DNA of 52,191 bases from an uncultured Chitinophaga sp. (GTDB taxonomy: Bacteria > Bacteroidota > Bacteroidia > NS11-12g > UBA955). Positions 1 to 10,051 of this stretch are shown here, piece after piece; the first letter of the stretch is position 1, and each line of letters starts with the position of its first letter. The notes under the pieces are model-generated. The model was not told the origin of the DNA. It did not search any database and saw only the letters and a program-made list of their open reading frames with translations. Both the position numbers and the translations under genes were made by a program. The stretch spans positions 1-52,191 of the forward strand of contig CAZRKA010000001.1 of assembly GCA_964600345.1 (NCBI GenBank), read 5' to 3'.

Positions 1-120
1 CTGATATTCGTTTATAACGCCATTTAGATCAATCCCAAGCCTTCTCTCTGCAGATTGCGAAAAATCCTGATAGACAGACAAGATTGCTATGTTAGTAATT
101 AGTAATTTTTTCTTTATCAT
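1..120 (-). CDS. N-terminal 40 aa of a hypothetical protein that runs off the left edge
   Basis: A reverse-strand ATG at 118-120 opens MIKKKLLITNIAILSVYQDFSQSAERRLGIDLNGVINEYQ with no stop before position 1. It is missing from the ORF track because it is truncated. Confidence 0.3.
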   Translation of the reverse strand, partial: MIKKKLLITNIAILSVYQDFSQSAERRLGIDLNGVINEYQ

Positions 121-158
121 AAGCTGCTTTTTATTAGTAATTTGTTGATATAACCCGA

Positions 159-166
159 CAAATATA
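159..166 (-). promoter_or_regulatory. Candidate Bacteroidota -7 box (TATATTTG on the minus strand)
   Basis: Exact TAnnTTTG match 38 nt upstream of the ATG at 120. Confidence 0.3.
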
Positions 167-206
167 TAAAAAGGTTTTACTTTGTAAAGAATTTTTTTAA
201 AAAAAA

Positions 207-653
207 TTAATTTTTGATATTGAGGAGGTTGCCCGTCTTTATGACCTGATAATGTTTGAGTCCGAAAGTGGCCGGACCGTTCAAAACCTGACCGTCCATC
301 ATAAACCTGGAATCGCAGCATTTGACGAATCCGCCGGTCTTGCTTTCACCGCATCTGAATACGAGTACACTGCTGTCTACCTCTATTCTGGAGCAGGCGT
401 TTGAAGTCTGAAAACTGCATGATCTGTCGAAAGCGTAGTATTGGTCATCAGTGTGATGTACAATTACCACACCTTTGACTCCTCCCTCCTCGTATACAAA
501 AGTTGCGGGATTAAGCAGATGATCGTATGAGGGCAAAGCCATGTTTATAGTGATGTTTACAGGCACATCGACAATAGGATCGCTGTTGACATTGTTCTTT
601 TTGCATGCCCACATCAGAGAGAAACTGAGCAATATCATTATTATTTTATTCAT
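207..653 (-). CDS. Lipoprotein with a degenerate Rieske-like domain
   Basis: The internal start MNKIIMILLSFSLMWAC gives a lipobox signal peptide. The C-terminal KCCDSRFMMDGQVLNGPATFGLKHYQV resembles the Rieske CPCHGSxF...GPA box, but both His ligands are missing. Overlaps the stop of the upstream gene by 8 nt. Confidence 0.6.
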   Translation of the reverse strand: MNKIIMILLSFSLMWACKKNNVNSDPIVDVPVNITINMALPSYDHLLNPATFVYEEGGVKGVVIVHHTDDQYYAFDRSCSFQTSNACSRIEVDSSVLVFRCGESKTGGFVKCCDSRFMMDGQVLNGPATFGLKHYQVIKTGNLLNIKN

Positions 654-1497
654 ATTTATAAAAACCCTCCCCTGTTTTTTTGCCATGCATTCCCGCATCT
701 ACCTTTTGTTTCTGTATTCTGCTCGGTCTGAAACGGGCTTCGTGATTAAAAAGCTTATACTGGCTCTCGGTTACCGAATAATTAGTATCGACACCAATCA
801 GGTCCATCAGTTTGAAAGGACCCATTTTAAATCCGCAGGATTCCATAACTGCATCTATTGTTTCGAGGTCGGCAACACCTTCTTCAAGCATTTTAAGCGC
901 TTCGACATAGTAGAGTCGCGCAATTCGGTTAACGATAAAACCGGGTGCGTCGGCTGCTACAACGGCCTGTTTATCGAGTGAAGTGACAAAATTAACAGCT
1001 GTCTGAACAATATCATCCGCTGTTCTCGCCCCTTTGATAACTTCTACGAGTTTCATGATATGTGCAGGATTGAAGAAGTGTATACCTACAAGTAATTGAG
1101 GTTCACTGATCCCGGCCGCAATCTGACTGATGGGAATTGATGAAGTATTACTGGCATATATACAATTTCGACCATTAATATCTATCAGATTTTTGAAGAG
1201 TTCAATTTTTACATCTGCTTTTTCAACAATGGCCTCAATTATGAGATCTGCCGTCATTTTTTGAGGTTCGGATGAATATGTGATTTGTGCGGCAATGGCA
1301 ATCTTCTTATCACTGTCCAGTTTTCCGCTATCACACAGTTTCCGGAGTGAAGCTTCAATAGATGTTCTTGCCTTATCAAGCATAGTACTGCTGATATCGG
1401 CAAGAATAACTCTGTAACCGGCCCTGGCGCAAACCAATGCTATTCCCGAACCCATGGTTCCTGCACCTGCTATACCGACTGTTTTTATCTGATGCAT
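646..1497 (-). CDS. hbd: 3-hydroxybutyryl-CoA / 3-hydroxyacyl-CoA dehydrogenase
   Basis: N-terminal Rossmann motif GIAGAGTMGSGIA. Full-length family resemblance, including FFNPAHIMKLVEVI and the C-terminal dimerisation region. Confidence 0.9.
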   Translation of the reverse strand: MHQIKTVGIAGAGTMGSGIALVCARAGYRVILADISSTMLDKARTSIEASLRKLCDSGKLDSDKKIAIAAQITYSSEPQKMTADLIIEAIVEKADVKIELFKNLIDINGRNCIYASNTSSIPISQIAAGISEPQLLVGIHFFNPAHIMKLVEVIKGARTADDIVQTAVNFVTSLDKQAVVAADAPGFIVNRIARLYYVEALKMLEEGVADLETIDAVMESCGFKMGPFKLMDLIGVDTNYSVTESQYKLFNHEARFRPSRIQKQKVDAGMHGKKTGEGFYKYE

Positions 1498-1508
1498 GTT
1501 TGTTGTTT

Positions 1509-2762
1509 TTATTTAGCGAGCCAGTGTTCCGGATTCTGTTTATCCTGATTATACCAAATTTCAAGATGAATCTCGGTTGCACCATCCTCATCCTCTGCAA
1601 TTGTTCCTATGGTCTGTTTAAGACCAATACTTTGTCCCTGTGAAACACTTACATCCTTGAGTTTTGAATAAACTGTAAAATACTCGCCGTGATTGACAAT
1701 AACTGCTTTCCCCATGCCGGGTATACTGATTATTGCCGTTACAGTTCCTTTGTGGATACATCGTGCCAGTGCGCCGCTTCCGGTTTGAATATCGATGCCG
1801 TTGTTTTGAATAGTTACCTGCTCAAGTTTTTCGTGCGCATGGGTGCCGAATCTTTCGCTGATAAATCCTTTTTCAACCGGCCAGGGCAATCTGCCTTTGT
1901 TTGCAGCGAAATTATCCGAAAGCAGTTTTACTTCAGGTGTAACAACAGGCGCTTTCGATTCTGTCTTTCCGTTTGTTTTACCGGCATCGGGTTTTGCTTT
2001 GGGTTTACTTTCCTGTGCCTTCTTTCTGGCAGCCGCAATTTCGCGTGCTATGATTGCATTGATCTGAGCATTGAGATTTTCCTTGGCTTTTTTCTGCTTT
2101 TCAAGTTTGGCTTTTAACTCAGACTCTTTGCCGCTGAGCGCAACCACAACTCTGTTTTTTTCGTTTTTATCGCCTTCCAGTTCCTTTACTTCACTTTGCT
2201 TATTTTTAGCCAGTTTTTCTTTTGATATCTTTAGTCCAAGCAATTCCTGCAAGCGGTTCTCAAGCTGGTTTTTCTTATCGTTTATTCTGAATAGAAATTT
2301 TTCCTGAGCAGCATTCAGGTAACTGTTGAATCGCATTCGGAGAAACAACTGATTGAACGAACGGGCAGCAAAGAAATAGAGAGAATTATTGTATACTTTT
2401 TTGTTTTTAAATGATTGAACCAGGGCTTTTGCATAATTCTTTTTTTCGAGGTCAATCTGAGAGTTTAGGTTGTCAATTTCAGATTTTTTATCCTCTACAT
2501 CCCTGTTTACATATACTATTTCTTCATTAATGGTGTTAATCAGTTCTTCGCGCTTCTCAATCAATCTCGAAATGGTAACTATTTCCCTTAAGCTTTGCTG
2601 TTTTTTGTTTTTTGTTTCTTTCAGTATTTTTTTGGTGAGAGCGATTTCCTCTTCAGTTTTCTTGCGTTTTTTTTCTAATTCTTTTCGAGTCTGCGCGGGA
2701 AGAGACTGAGCAAGAAAAACAAGTGCCAGAAATATCGAAACAGCTTTATTTAGTCTTTTCAT
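1509..2762 (-). CDS. EnvC-like murein hydrolase activator (coiled coil plus degenerate M23/LytM domain)
   Basis: Signal peptide from the internal start MKRLNKAVSIFLALVFLAQSLPAQ. A K/E-rich coiled coil of about 250 aa is followed by a C-terminal LytM fold (NGIDIQT ... IHLEIW). Both the HxxxD His and the first His of HxH appear substituted, as in non-catalytic EnvC. The track start at 2804 is also possible. Confidence 0.85.
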   Translation of the reverse strand: MKRLNKAVSIFLALVFLAQSLPAQTRKELEKKRKKTEEEIALTKKILKETKNKKQQSLREIVTISRLIEKREELINTINEEIVYVNRDVEDKKSEIDNLNSQIDLEKKNYAKALVQSFKNKKVYNNSLYFFAARSFNQLFLRMRFNSYLNAAQEKFLFRINDKKNQLENRLQELLGLKISKEKLAKNKQSEVKELEGDKNEKNRVVVALSGKESELKAKLEKQKKAKENLNAQINAIIAREIAAARKKAQESKPKAKPDAGKTNGKTESKAPVVTPEVKLLSDNFAANKGRLPWPVEKGFISERFGTHAHEKLEQVTIQNNGIDIQTGSGALARCIHKGTVTAIISIPGMGKAVIVNHGEYFTVYSKLKDVSVSQGQSIGLKQTIGTIAEDEDGATEIHLEIWYNQDKQNPEHWLAK

Positions 2763-3528
2763 ACGAGGCGGGAATTGTGAAAGGGAATGTGAGTATTTCT
2801 TCAAAATCAGGATCGGAATACTTAAGTTCGAGCATGTATATCTTTTGACCGTTGCTGGCGGTAATAAACGTATACATTGGAAAATTATGTGTATTCACTA
2901 CGGTGTATTCTGAGTATCTTGCTTCAGCAAAATTAGGTGTTTTATTGTCTTTTATTGCTGTTGTATCTATGGTTAGAAAATCCCTGCTGAAATGATGAGT
3001 TGTTTTGAATTTCTCCTGATTGTATCCGATGCTGACGCGATTATCGTTCCTGCTGATTATTTCGTACAGTTTTAAAGCATAGACAGGATTTCCCAAAATC
3101 AGATTCTGTATCTGACTGACTGTAAGCGGGATATCAGAAATACCGTGTAATGCCGTGTTTTTATAGATAGTGTAAGTCTTTTCGAGTTTGTTCAGTATCA
3201 CCATTGAATCTCGGTTTATCAGCATTCTGAAAGCTTCTATTCCGAACATTCCGCCGCTCACCCAGATTAAAGAATCCTTATACATGCGTATGCTGGCATT
3301 GGGATTAACTTTTTTGTCGTCATCATATCTGAATTCCACATCAATTTTTGCTGAAAAATAGGTCCAGTTTTTCATGGTAGCGGAAAGAAGAGATTCTGCT
3401 GTAACAACGGCTGTAGTATCTTCAATAATCTTTACCACCGGAGGCGTTGATTTGTTTTTCTTTCTTGCTTTGCAGGCAGATAAAATAGAAACTGCGATTA
3501 AAAAGGCAAGTGTATATCTATTCAGCAT
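2746..3528 (-). CDS. LolB-like / DUF4292-like lipoprotein
   Basis: The internal start MLNRYTLAFLIAVSILSAC is a lipobox signal. The DUF4292 name is from memory of the conserved TPR/DUF4292/M23 neighbourhood. The longer track start at 3654 would overlap the TPR gene by 137 nt. Confidence 0.65.
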   Translation of the reverse strand: MLNRYTLAFLIAVSILSACKARKKNKSTPPVVKIIEDTTAVVTAESLLSATMKNWTYFSAKIDVEFRYDDDKKVNPNASIRMYKDSLIWVSGGMFGIEAFRMLINRDSMVILNKLEKTYTIYKNTALHGISDIPLTVSQIQNLILGNPVYALKLYEIISRNDNRVSIGYNQEKFKTTHHFSRDFLTIDTTAIKDNKTPNFAEARYSEYTVVNTHNFPMYTFITASNGQKIYMLELKYSDPDFEEILTFPFTIPASYEKTK

Positions 3529-5041
3529 TTTTTCCTTCAAGTATTTTTTGATCCAGCATTGCAGAATGTAAACCCAGTGCCCTGGCCTTTTTCCAGTGTT
3601 CGATTGCCTGCTCCTTTTTACCCTGTCGGGCATACAAATCACCCATATAATCAAATAACTGTTTATCGCTGTTGTTTATTGCAAGGGCTGCAAGCAATGT
3701 TTTTTCAGCATTTTCGAAGTCTGAATTCAGGTAAAATGACCTACCAAGTTCTCTGAGCAGGGCAGACTTAATCATATCATCAAATGCAAAACTAAGGCCA
3801 CTCAAAGCATATTCCTTTGCTTTTGCTGCGTTTTTAAGTGAATTGGAGGCTTCGGATGCTCTGAGGTAAATGACAGCCTGTGTAGGATAAAATTCGAGAG
3901 CTTTTTCTGCCAGTTTCAGTTTTTCATCAGACAAACCAAGCGAATCGCAGACAGTTAAAGCACCGGTCCAGGCTTCATAGAGACCCGGTTTTAATTCTGT
4001 TACCTTTTTATAGTTTAACAGCGCCAGTTCAAACCTTCTGTTTATGTTGTGAAAATCCGCGGTAGTCAGTAATAATTCCGGGTTTTCAGGGTAAAGTTTA
4101 CCGAGTTGAAACGCTGCTATTTGCAGATATCTCCTGTATGATGTATCGGTTTTGATTTTCTTATTCAATTCGGCACAAACCAGAAGTTTGCTATCGGTGC
4201 CGGTAAGCGGGTCGTTCAGCGCCTGAGTCAGATAATTTTCAGCACCTTTCAAGTCATTTTTAGCAACTGCCATTTTAAAAAGAGAATGGTTTAACTGAAA
4301 GTTGTTTGGATTTATGGCCAGTGCTTTATCAAAGTTAATTTTGGCATTCAGTTCATCGTTTTCTTCGAGATAAAGATTGGCATCATCAATAAAATACTGA
4401 TACTTAAGAGGGCTGGCCAGCTTGATCTCATCGTAAATGGCGTGAGCTTTTTTGTAGTCTTTATTTCTTTTGTATAAATCTATAAGTTTTAATGAAGTAC
4501 TCAGTTTGTATTTGCTGGCTTTTTTGTGTTTTTCCCAGATATCAATTCTGTTTTTCAATCCATCACTTTTCTGAATATAAATAGCATCAAGCTGTTTTAA
4601 CAATTGCTCATTCTCAGGACTGCTTGCAAAGGCTTTTTCGAGAATCTTCAGAGCCTCTGCTGAATTGCCGTTTGATTTAAGAAGTTCTGCATACCATAAT
4701 ACATACCAGATGTTTGAAGGAGACAGCTCATAAGCCTTAGAGGCATTTTGCATGGCTTTAGAGTTTTCGCTGTTCTTTGCATAAGCCCTGCTTAGCTGGT
4801 AGAATGAAGAAGCTTCTTCAGGCTTTAAATCGCAGCATTTGACAAATAGTTTGATGGCATTGCTGTAATTGCCGATATTATACTGTGTGCAGGCATCAAG
4901 ATACATGGCATCGAAACTATATCCTTCTCTGCTGCCATTATCAGAGGCTGATTTATTATTTCTGAAAATTTTACAGCTTTCAAACAACAAAAGACTGCCT
5001 GACAAAAAGATCAGGCAGACGATATGAAAGCTTTTTTTCAA
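3518..5041 (-). CDS. Tetratricopeptide-repeat lipoprotein
   Basis: Signal peptide with Cys (LLLFESC). TPR-like A/Y/L periodicity recurs throughout, for example AIKLFVKCCDLKPEEASSFYQLSRAY and GKKEQAIEHWKKARALG. Confidence 0.8.
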   Translation of the reverse strand: MKKSFHIVCLIFLSGSLLLFESCKIFRNNKSASDNGSREGYSFDAMYLDACTQYNIGNYSNAIKLFVKCCDLKPEEASSFYQLSRAYAKNSENSKAMQNASKAYELSPSNIWYVLWYAELLKSNGNSAEALKILEKAFASSPENEQLLKQLDAIYIQKSDGLKNRIDIWEKHKKASKYKLSTSLKLIDLYKRNKDYKKAHAIYDEIKLASPLKYQYFIDDANLYLEENDELNAKINFDKALAINPNNFQLNHSLFKMAVAKNDLKGAENYLTQALNDPLTGTDSKLLVCAELNKKIKTDTSYRRYLQIAAFQLGKLYPENPELLLTTADFHNINRRFELALLNYKKVTELKPGLYEAWTGALTVCDSLGLSDEKLKLAEKALEFYPTQAVIYLRASEASNSLKNAAKAKEYALSGLSFAFDDMIKSALLRELGRSFYLNSDFENAEKTLLAALAINNSDKQLFDYMGDLYARQGKKEQAIEHWKKARALGLHSAMLDQKILEGKNAE

Positions 5042-5047
5042 CAGAGA

Positions 5048-6058
5048 TCAATTAAGAGAGCTGTAGTCGCCAATATTGAATTCCTTGCAATCGCCGTTAA
5101 TGGTAACATGGTTTCCAATCATGCTGTTTGTAAATGAAACATGGTCTATAGTGCAATTCTTCTGAACAATACTGTTTGAAATTGTGCTGTTCTTGATCAC
5201 AGATCCTTTGCCGATGCTGACATGGGGGCCTATAGTTGAGTTTTCGAGTACTACATCTTTATCGATAAAACAGGGTTCTATTATTTTAGTACCGTGGTTA
5301 AACAGAGAATGATCTATAGGAAATTCCGATTTCTTGATTTCAAGTATTCGCTGATTGGTAAATACAGTGGCATCTTTGTTTCCGCAATCAAGCCATTCTT
5401 CCACCTCTCCCGGACGAAACTTCAAACCTTTGTTTTTCATGTTTTCAAGCGCATTGGTAAGCTGGTATTCGCCTTTGTCCTTAATGTTATTGTCTACCAG
5501 GTATTGAATCTCGTCGAGTAAATTTTCGCCGTCTTTAAAATAATAAATACCGATGATGGCCAGATCAGAGATGAATTCAACAGGTTTTTCGATGAAATCT
5601 GAAATATTGTTCTCGGCATCCAGTTTTACTACACCAAACTGACTGGGGTTGGCAACCTTATGCACCCAGATTGTTCCGTCGGCTGATTTATCCAGATCGA
5701 ATTCTGCCTTAAACAGAGTATCGGCAAAGGCCACAATTACTTCACCGTAAAGTGAAGGTGTTGCGCACATAACAGCATGTGCTGTGCCTAAAGCCTCATC
5801 CTGGTAATAAATTCTGCCTTCTGCACCGATGCTTTTGGCAATAGCCAGAAGCTGCAGTTCTACTTCCTGGCCAAAATCGCCAATAACGAAAGCAACTTCA
5901 TTGATTTTGTCTTTGCATACTTCGGCAATATCTTCGACAAGTCTCTGCACTATTGGTTTTCCTGCAATAGGAATCAATGGTTTAGGAATTGTCAGGGTGT
6001 GAGGCCTCATTCTTTTACCCATTCCCGCCATGGGGATAATTATATTCATTCCGCTCAT
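5048..6058 (-). CDS. Sugar-phosphate nucleotidyltransferase with C-terminal left-handed beta-helix
   Basis: The N-terminus IIPMAGMGKRMRP is the GxGxR nucleotide-binding loop. The C-terminus carries hexapeptide repeats (VLENSTIGPHVSIGKGSVIKNSTISNSIVQKNCTI). Confidence 0.8.
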   Translation of the reverse strand: MSGMNIIIPMAGMGKRMRPHTLTIPKPLIPIAGKPIVQRLVEDIAEVCKDKINEVAFVIGDFGQEVELQLLAIAKSIGAEGRIYYQDEALGTAHAVMCATPSLYGEVIVAFADTLFKAEFDLDKSADGTIWVHKVANPSQFGVVKLDAENNISDFIEKPVEFISDLAIIGIYYFKDGENLLDEIQYLVDNNIKDKGEYQLTNALENMKNKGLKFRPGEVEEWLDCGNKDATVFTNQRILEIKKSEFPIDHSLFNHGTKIIEPCFIDKDVVLENSTIGPHVSIGKGSVIKNSTISNSIVQKNCTIDHVSFTNSMIGNHVTINGDCKEFNIGDYSSLN

Positions 6059-6074
6059 TTAAATTCTGATGGTT

Positions 6075-6509
6075 TTAATTCATTCCTGTGTGGCCATAAC
6101 CCCCTGCGCCGCGTTTGGTCTGGCTCAATTCAATTTCTGTCTCCCATTCTGCCTGCACACAACCGGAAATTACCATTTGGGCAATTCGTTCTCCGGGTTG
6201 CAGATTGTATTCTTCTTTGCTGAGGTTAATCAGCAGGATTTTTATTTCTCCTCTGTAATCTGCATCAATGGTTCCGGGAGAATTCAGAACCGTAATGCCG
6301 TGCTTCAAAGCCAGTCCGCTGCGCGGTCTGATCTGCGCTTCAAAGTTGACGGGTAATTCTATAAAAAGACCACTTGGAATCAGCACCCTTTCAAGAGGTT
6401 TAATAAGGATAGGTTCAGCAATATTAGCACAGATATCCGCACCGGCAGAACTTTCAGTCTGATATGCCGGCAAAGGGTATTGGCTGTTGTTGATGATCTT
6501 AACTTTCAA
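6075..6509 (-). CDS. dut: dUTP diphosphatase
   Basis: dUTPase motifs [24 protein letters not shown] and [10 protein letters not shown]. Both candidate starts are TTG. The TTG at 6509 gives the family-typical N-terminus MKVKIINN and removes the overlap with the upstream gene. The track start is 6530. Confidence 0.9.
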   Translation of the reverse strand: MKVKIINNSQYPLPAYQTESSAGADICANIAEPILIKPLERVLIPSGLFIELPVNFEAQIRPRSGLALKHGITVLNSPGTIDADYRGEIKILLINLSKEEYNLQPGERIAQMVISGCVQAEWETEIELSQTKRGAGGYGHTGMN

Positions 6510-6522
6510 GAAGTCTGCAAAT

Positions 6523-7977
6523 TTAAGCAATTTTTCGTTTAGGTTGTAGCATCCAAATTATCAACAGCATCAACGAAACAAACAAAATGTTTATTACAAA
6601 TTCAAGCCATTTGACAGAAATATGACTTTGAATAAACCCTGCAATCAGCCAAAGGGCAAGTGAGGCAACAATCAGGATAAAATATTTCACGAGCTGATAC
6701 GGAACAGGATAATGTTTGCGACCAAGCAGATAAGAAGCTACGCACATTCCGAAATAAATCCCAAGTGTAATCCATGCACATGCCGTAAATCCATAGGAGG
6801 GTATGAGGGCAATATTCAGAACAATTGTAAGCATTGCTGCTACAATTGCCACTGCCGCACCCAACCTGGTGTTGGAGGTAAACCTGTACCAGATACTCAG
6901 GTTGTAATATATGCCCAGAAACATATTTGCCATCAGGAGTACAGGAACAATCCGAAGGCCGCCGGCATCTGCAAAGAAGGCTTCTTTTCTGATAAACAGG
7001 TGCGCCAGCTCGTCAATAAAAAACATACATGTCAGAAAAATGACGGTGCAAACAGATATAAACCAGTACATGACAGTTGCATACACATTTCTGGAATCAT
7101 CTGATTCTTTTTGCTTGAAGAAAAGTGGTTCGGCGGCAAATCTGAATGCCTGCACAAACATCGTCATTACCATGGTCAGCTTGTAGAATGCACCGTAAAT
7201 GCCGTTCTGATAGGAACCCTGATCGGGCGGCAAAAGTTTTTTCAGGAGGGTGCGATCAAGTGTTTCGTTTACAATTCCGGCAAGCCCTACAAATATCAGA
7301 GGCCAGGCATACTTGAGCATTTGTCTGAAGAGTGACTTGTCAAATCCTGAACTCAAACTAAGAGCAAGTGGACTTAGCAAAAGAAATGAACAGATACTGG
7401 CAACAGCGTTGGCGATAAGAATTAATGTCACCTGACTGCAGGAAGACAGAAACAGCGGTGGCGATTTAAGCAGGTAGAGATTAAGTCCGACATTGATGCA
7501 GATATTGATCAGCTTGACTGCTGCAAATTTCATCGGCTTTTCTTCATAACGTAATCTTGCGAATGGCAGAGCAGAGATTGTATCAAAAAACAGAAAAATC
7601 AGGCAGGCATAGACGTAATCTGTCTGACCCGGAAAACCAATAAATCCTGCAAAATTTGGGGCAAAGGCCAACACGATTACCGCAAAAAAAGCACTGCTGA
7701 CAAGCAAGCTTTTCTGTGCAATTGAATACACGGTTTTTGCATCTTTTCCGTTGCGGATAAAGTTGAAATAAGTTGTTTCCATCCCATAAGTGAGTATGAT
7801 ATTCAGAAAAGCCATGAAGGCAAAAACTGTGGTGATATCACCGAAAGCAGAAACCGAATTCAGATATTTTGTATGCGGAATCAGCAGCAGAAAATTGATG
7901 AAGCGCCCCAGCATTGAACTGAGGCCGTAAATAGCTGTCTGTGATGCAAGTTTGCGGATTATTCCCACAGATGGCAA
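6523..7977 (-). CDS. Polysaccharide/oligosaccharide flippase (Wzx/MOP superfamily)
   Basis: 484 aa with about 12-14 hydrophobic helices. The N-terminus ([22 protein letters not shown]) is typical of the family. Confidence 0.75.
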   Translation of the reverse strand: MPSVGIIRKLASQTAIYGLSSMLGRFINFLLLIPHTKYLNSVSAFGDITTVFAFMAFLNIILTYGMETTYFNFIRNGKDAKTVYSIAQKSLLVSSAFFAVIVLAFAPNFAGFIGFPGQTDYVYACLIFLFFDTISALPFARLRYEEKPMKFAAVKLINICINVGLNLYLLKSPPLFLSSCSQVTLILIANAVASICSFLLLSPLALSLSSGFDKSLFRQMLKYAWPLIFVGLAGIVNETLDRTLLKKLLPPDQGSYQNGIYGAFYKLTMVMTMFVQAFRFAAEPLFFKQKESDDSRNVYATVMYWFISVCTVIFLTCMFFIDELAHLFIRKEAFFADAGGLRIVPVLLMANMFLGIYYNLSIWYRFTSNTRLGAAVAIVAAMLTIVLNIALIPSYGFTACAWITLGIYFGMCVASYLLGRKHYPVPYQLVKYFILIVASLALWLIAGFIQSHISVKWLEFVINILFVSLMLLIIWMLQPKRKIA

Positions 7978-8010
7978 AGGTATTGCATAATTCAGGCGAT
8001 TGAAATGAAA

Positions 8011-8460
8011 TTATTTCAACAGTTCCCAACTTTTGTCTGCCAGCAGTCTTGCCGAGCAAACGTGCTTTTCGTAGGCTTGTTTTTTCCCCCATTCTTCGGG
8101 CGCAACCAGCGAGAGTACTGTTTTACCCTTGTTTTGATAAACATGGTAAACAGTCCCGATTACTGGTTCAAAATTCAGATCGGCTTCATATATCATTTTC
8201 GACACAATAAGTCTTTCTTCAATAATCCCGGCTTGTTCGAGCAGCAGATCAGCCTGTTTCTTGAGAATCATGATTTGCTGATTCGCCTGATACTGCATGG
8301 TTTCGAAAGCATTTGCCTTTACCAGTCGTTTGTCAACAGGATTGATTTTCGGAGAAGAAACAGAAAGAGGAATTGGAGAAAATTTATCGGGCCCCTGATA
8401 AATAGCACCTTGTTTAAGGTCGTCCTTCACGTCATTTTCTGTATTTTCCATATTCAGCAC
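8011..8460 (-). CDS. Hypothetical cytoplasmic protein (possibly DUF2452-like)
   Basis: 149-aa ORF with normal composition. The overlapping plus-strand ORF 8005..8484 is Phe/Cys-rich junk. The family name is from memory only. Confidence 0.55.
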   Translation of the reverse strand: MLNMENTENDVKDDLKQGAIYQGPDKFSPIPLSVSSPKINPVDKRLVKANAFETMQYQANQQIMILKKQADLLLEQAGIIEERLIVSKMIYEADLNFEPVIGTVYHVYQNKGKTVLSLVAPEEWGKKQAYEKHVCSARLLADKSWELLK

Positions 8461-8481
8461 AAATTTAAAACACTAATTGCG

Positions 8482-8489
8482 TAATTTTG
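8482..8489 (+). promoter_or_regulatory. Candidate -7 box TAATTTTG
   Basis: Exact TAnnTTTG match 10 nt upstream of the ATG at 8500. Confidence 0.45.
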
Positions 8490-8499
8490 TTCATTGCAT

Positions 8500-9078
8500 A
8501 TGAAGTTCACAATTTACATTATGGGTATAATCAGTTTAATCAGTTCCTGTTTTACGGGAAAAAGCCGTAAGGCAGAGCAAAGCGGCACATCAGGATCCTC
8601 TTCAATATACGATATAAGTATAAAGTCACTCGATGGAAAAAGCGTGATTAATTTTGCCGATTTCAAAGGGAAGTATGTCGTAGTAGTAAATACTGCCAGC
8701 GAATGCGGTTATACGCCTCAGTACAAAGATCTGCAGGATTTTTATTCAAAATACTCAGACAGCAATGTTGTGGTAATTGGTTGCCCCTGCAATCAGTTTG
8801 GTGCCCAGGAGCCCGGAACTGCCGAAGAAATCGGTGCTTTTTGCCAGAAGAACTACGGTGTTAGTTTTCCAATGACAGAGAAAATAGACGTCAAGGGCAG
8901 CAATCAGCATCAACTTTATCAGTGGCTTACTCAGAAAAGCAAGAATGGCGCAGGCGATTTTGAAGTCAAATGGAATTTTAATAAATTCATAATCGGCAAG
9001 GATGGCAAACTGCTTTATTACTTTGGCTCTTCCGTAAAACCTGGCGATAGCGAGTTTTTGAGTGCTTTTTCCAAATAA
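8500..9078 (+). CDS. Glutathione peroxidase (Cys type), exported or lipoprotein
   Basis: Motifs NTASECGYT, CNQFGAQEPG and WNFNKF. The N-terminus MKFTIYIMGIISLISSC looks like a lipoprotein signal. ATG at 8500 is preferred over the TTG at 8494. Confidence 0.9.
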   Translation: MKFTIYIMGIISLISSCFTGKSRKAEQSGTSGSSSIYDISIKSLDGKSVINFADFKGKYVVVVNTASECGYTPQYKDLQDFYSKYSDSNVVVIGCPCNQFGAQEPGTAEEIGAFCQKNYGVSFPMTEKIDVKGSNQHQLYQWLTQKSKNGAGDFEVKWNFNKFIIGKDGKLLYYFGSSVKPGDSEFLSAFSK

Positions 9079-9085
9079 CGACTGA

Positions 9086-10051
9086 TCAGTGATACCATCT
9101 GAAATAGAGGATGGAAATGATCAGCAGCATATTGACAATTTCTTTCAGTACATTTACCCGGCTGTTTGCAAAGTAAAAGGTAAAGGAAAAAGCCAGGGGG
9201 ATACATACAAATGAAAATTCCTGCTTGGGATTTTGTTTTCCGGTAACGGTTAATATCACCGAAGTAAGAAAAAGTATCATCATAAACTGAATGAAACGCC
9301 TCTGTTTTGTAGAGTTTCTGAAGAAATTTTTATACATGCGCACAATGGCAAGTATGCCAACCAGTCCAACACTGGGAAGCGCAGAATACAATGCCCAGTT
9401 GGGGTTATTGAAATTTCCGTAGTCCGGGAAAAAGATATGAAAGGGTAAGAAATTGCCGTTAATCAGATAATTTACCATGGTTCCGACATAGAGAGGAAGA
9501 AGGAATCCTATCAGCGCCGAAAGATTTTCTCTGAAATTGAATGGTCTGAATATATTGATACCGATAAGCACAACGACAAAAAAGGCAATGTAAGTCATGT
9601 TAAGCAGTGCACTCAGTCCTGCCAGAGTAGATGCAGAGAAAATGGAAATACTGGGATTCTCGGATTGGAAAAGGTTGAGTATTGAGCCCAGCGAAACAAT
9701 CAGAAAGAAGTTGACAAAAATTACCGGCCCGGCATAAAACTGATCAACAAAGACAGAATTGAGAAGTACAAAGAAATACGCCGGTAAATAGGAAGGATAT
9801 ATAATCAATTCGTGTCTGATACAAATTCTGTTGAATATGATGGCTGTTATGAAAACAAAAATCGTCGATATGGCAAAACCTACAATAGGGTAATAATTGA
9901 TTCCGTTGAAAAATGCAGAAAGGTAATTGATGTTCAGATTCTGGGTCGTATTGACATAAGGCACCAGCAAACCGGTTGTTCTGATTACTATTGTGAATAT
10001 AAACAGAAACAGTATGGTTTGATTAAAGGTATATGAAAATAAACGTATCAA
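9086..10051 (-). CDS. Polytopic inner-membrane protein, function unknown
   Basis: 321 aa with about 8-9 hydrophobic helices and no recognisable catalytic motif. Its start overlaps the stop of the upstream gene by 4 nt. Confidence 0.7.
   Translation of the reverse strand: MIRLFSYTFNQTILFLFIFTIVIRTTGLLVPYVNTTQNLNINYLSAFFNGINYYPIVGFAISTIFVFITAIIFNRICIRHELIIYPSYLPAYFFVLLNSVFVDQFYAGPVIFVNFFLIVSLGSILNLFQSENPSISIFSASTLAGLSALLNMTYIAFFVVVLIGINIFRPFNFRENLSALIGFLLPLYVGTMVNYLINGNFLPFHIFFPDYGNFNNPNWALYSALPSVGLVGILAIVRMYKNFFRNSTKQRRFIQFMMILFLTSVILTVTGKQNPKQEFSFVCIPLAFSFTFYFANSRVNVLKEIVNMLLIISILYFRWYH

Noticed and set aside
1689-2709. A cluster of plus-strand ORFs (1689..2117, 1843..2067, 2071..2307, 2470..2709)
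   Set aside because: They are mirror images of the K/E-rich coiled-coil region of the EnvC-like gene. The repetitive AAG/GAA codons give long open Phe/Ser/Leu frames on the opposite strand.
8005-8484. A 159-aa plus-strand ORF that competes with 8011..8460 on the minus strand
   Set aside because: The plus-strand translation is Phe/Cys/Arg-rich and lacks any pattern. The minus-strand product has normal globular composition and fits the co-directional operon. A -7 box for gpx lies at the 3' end of the plus-strand ORF.
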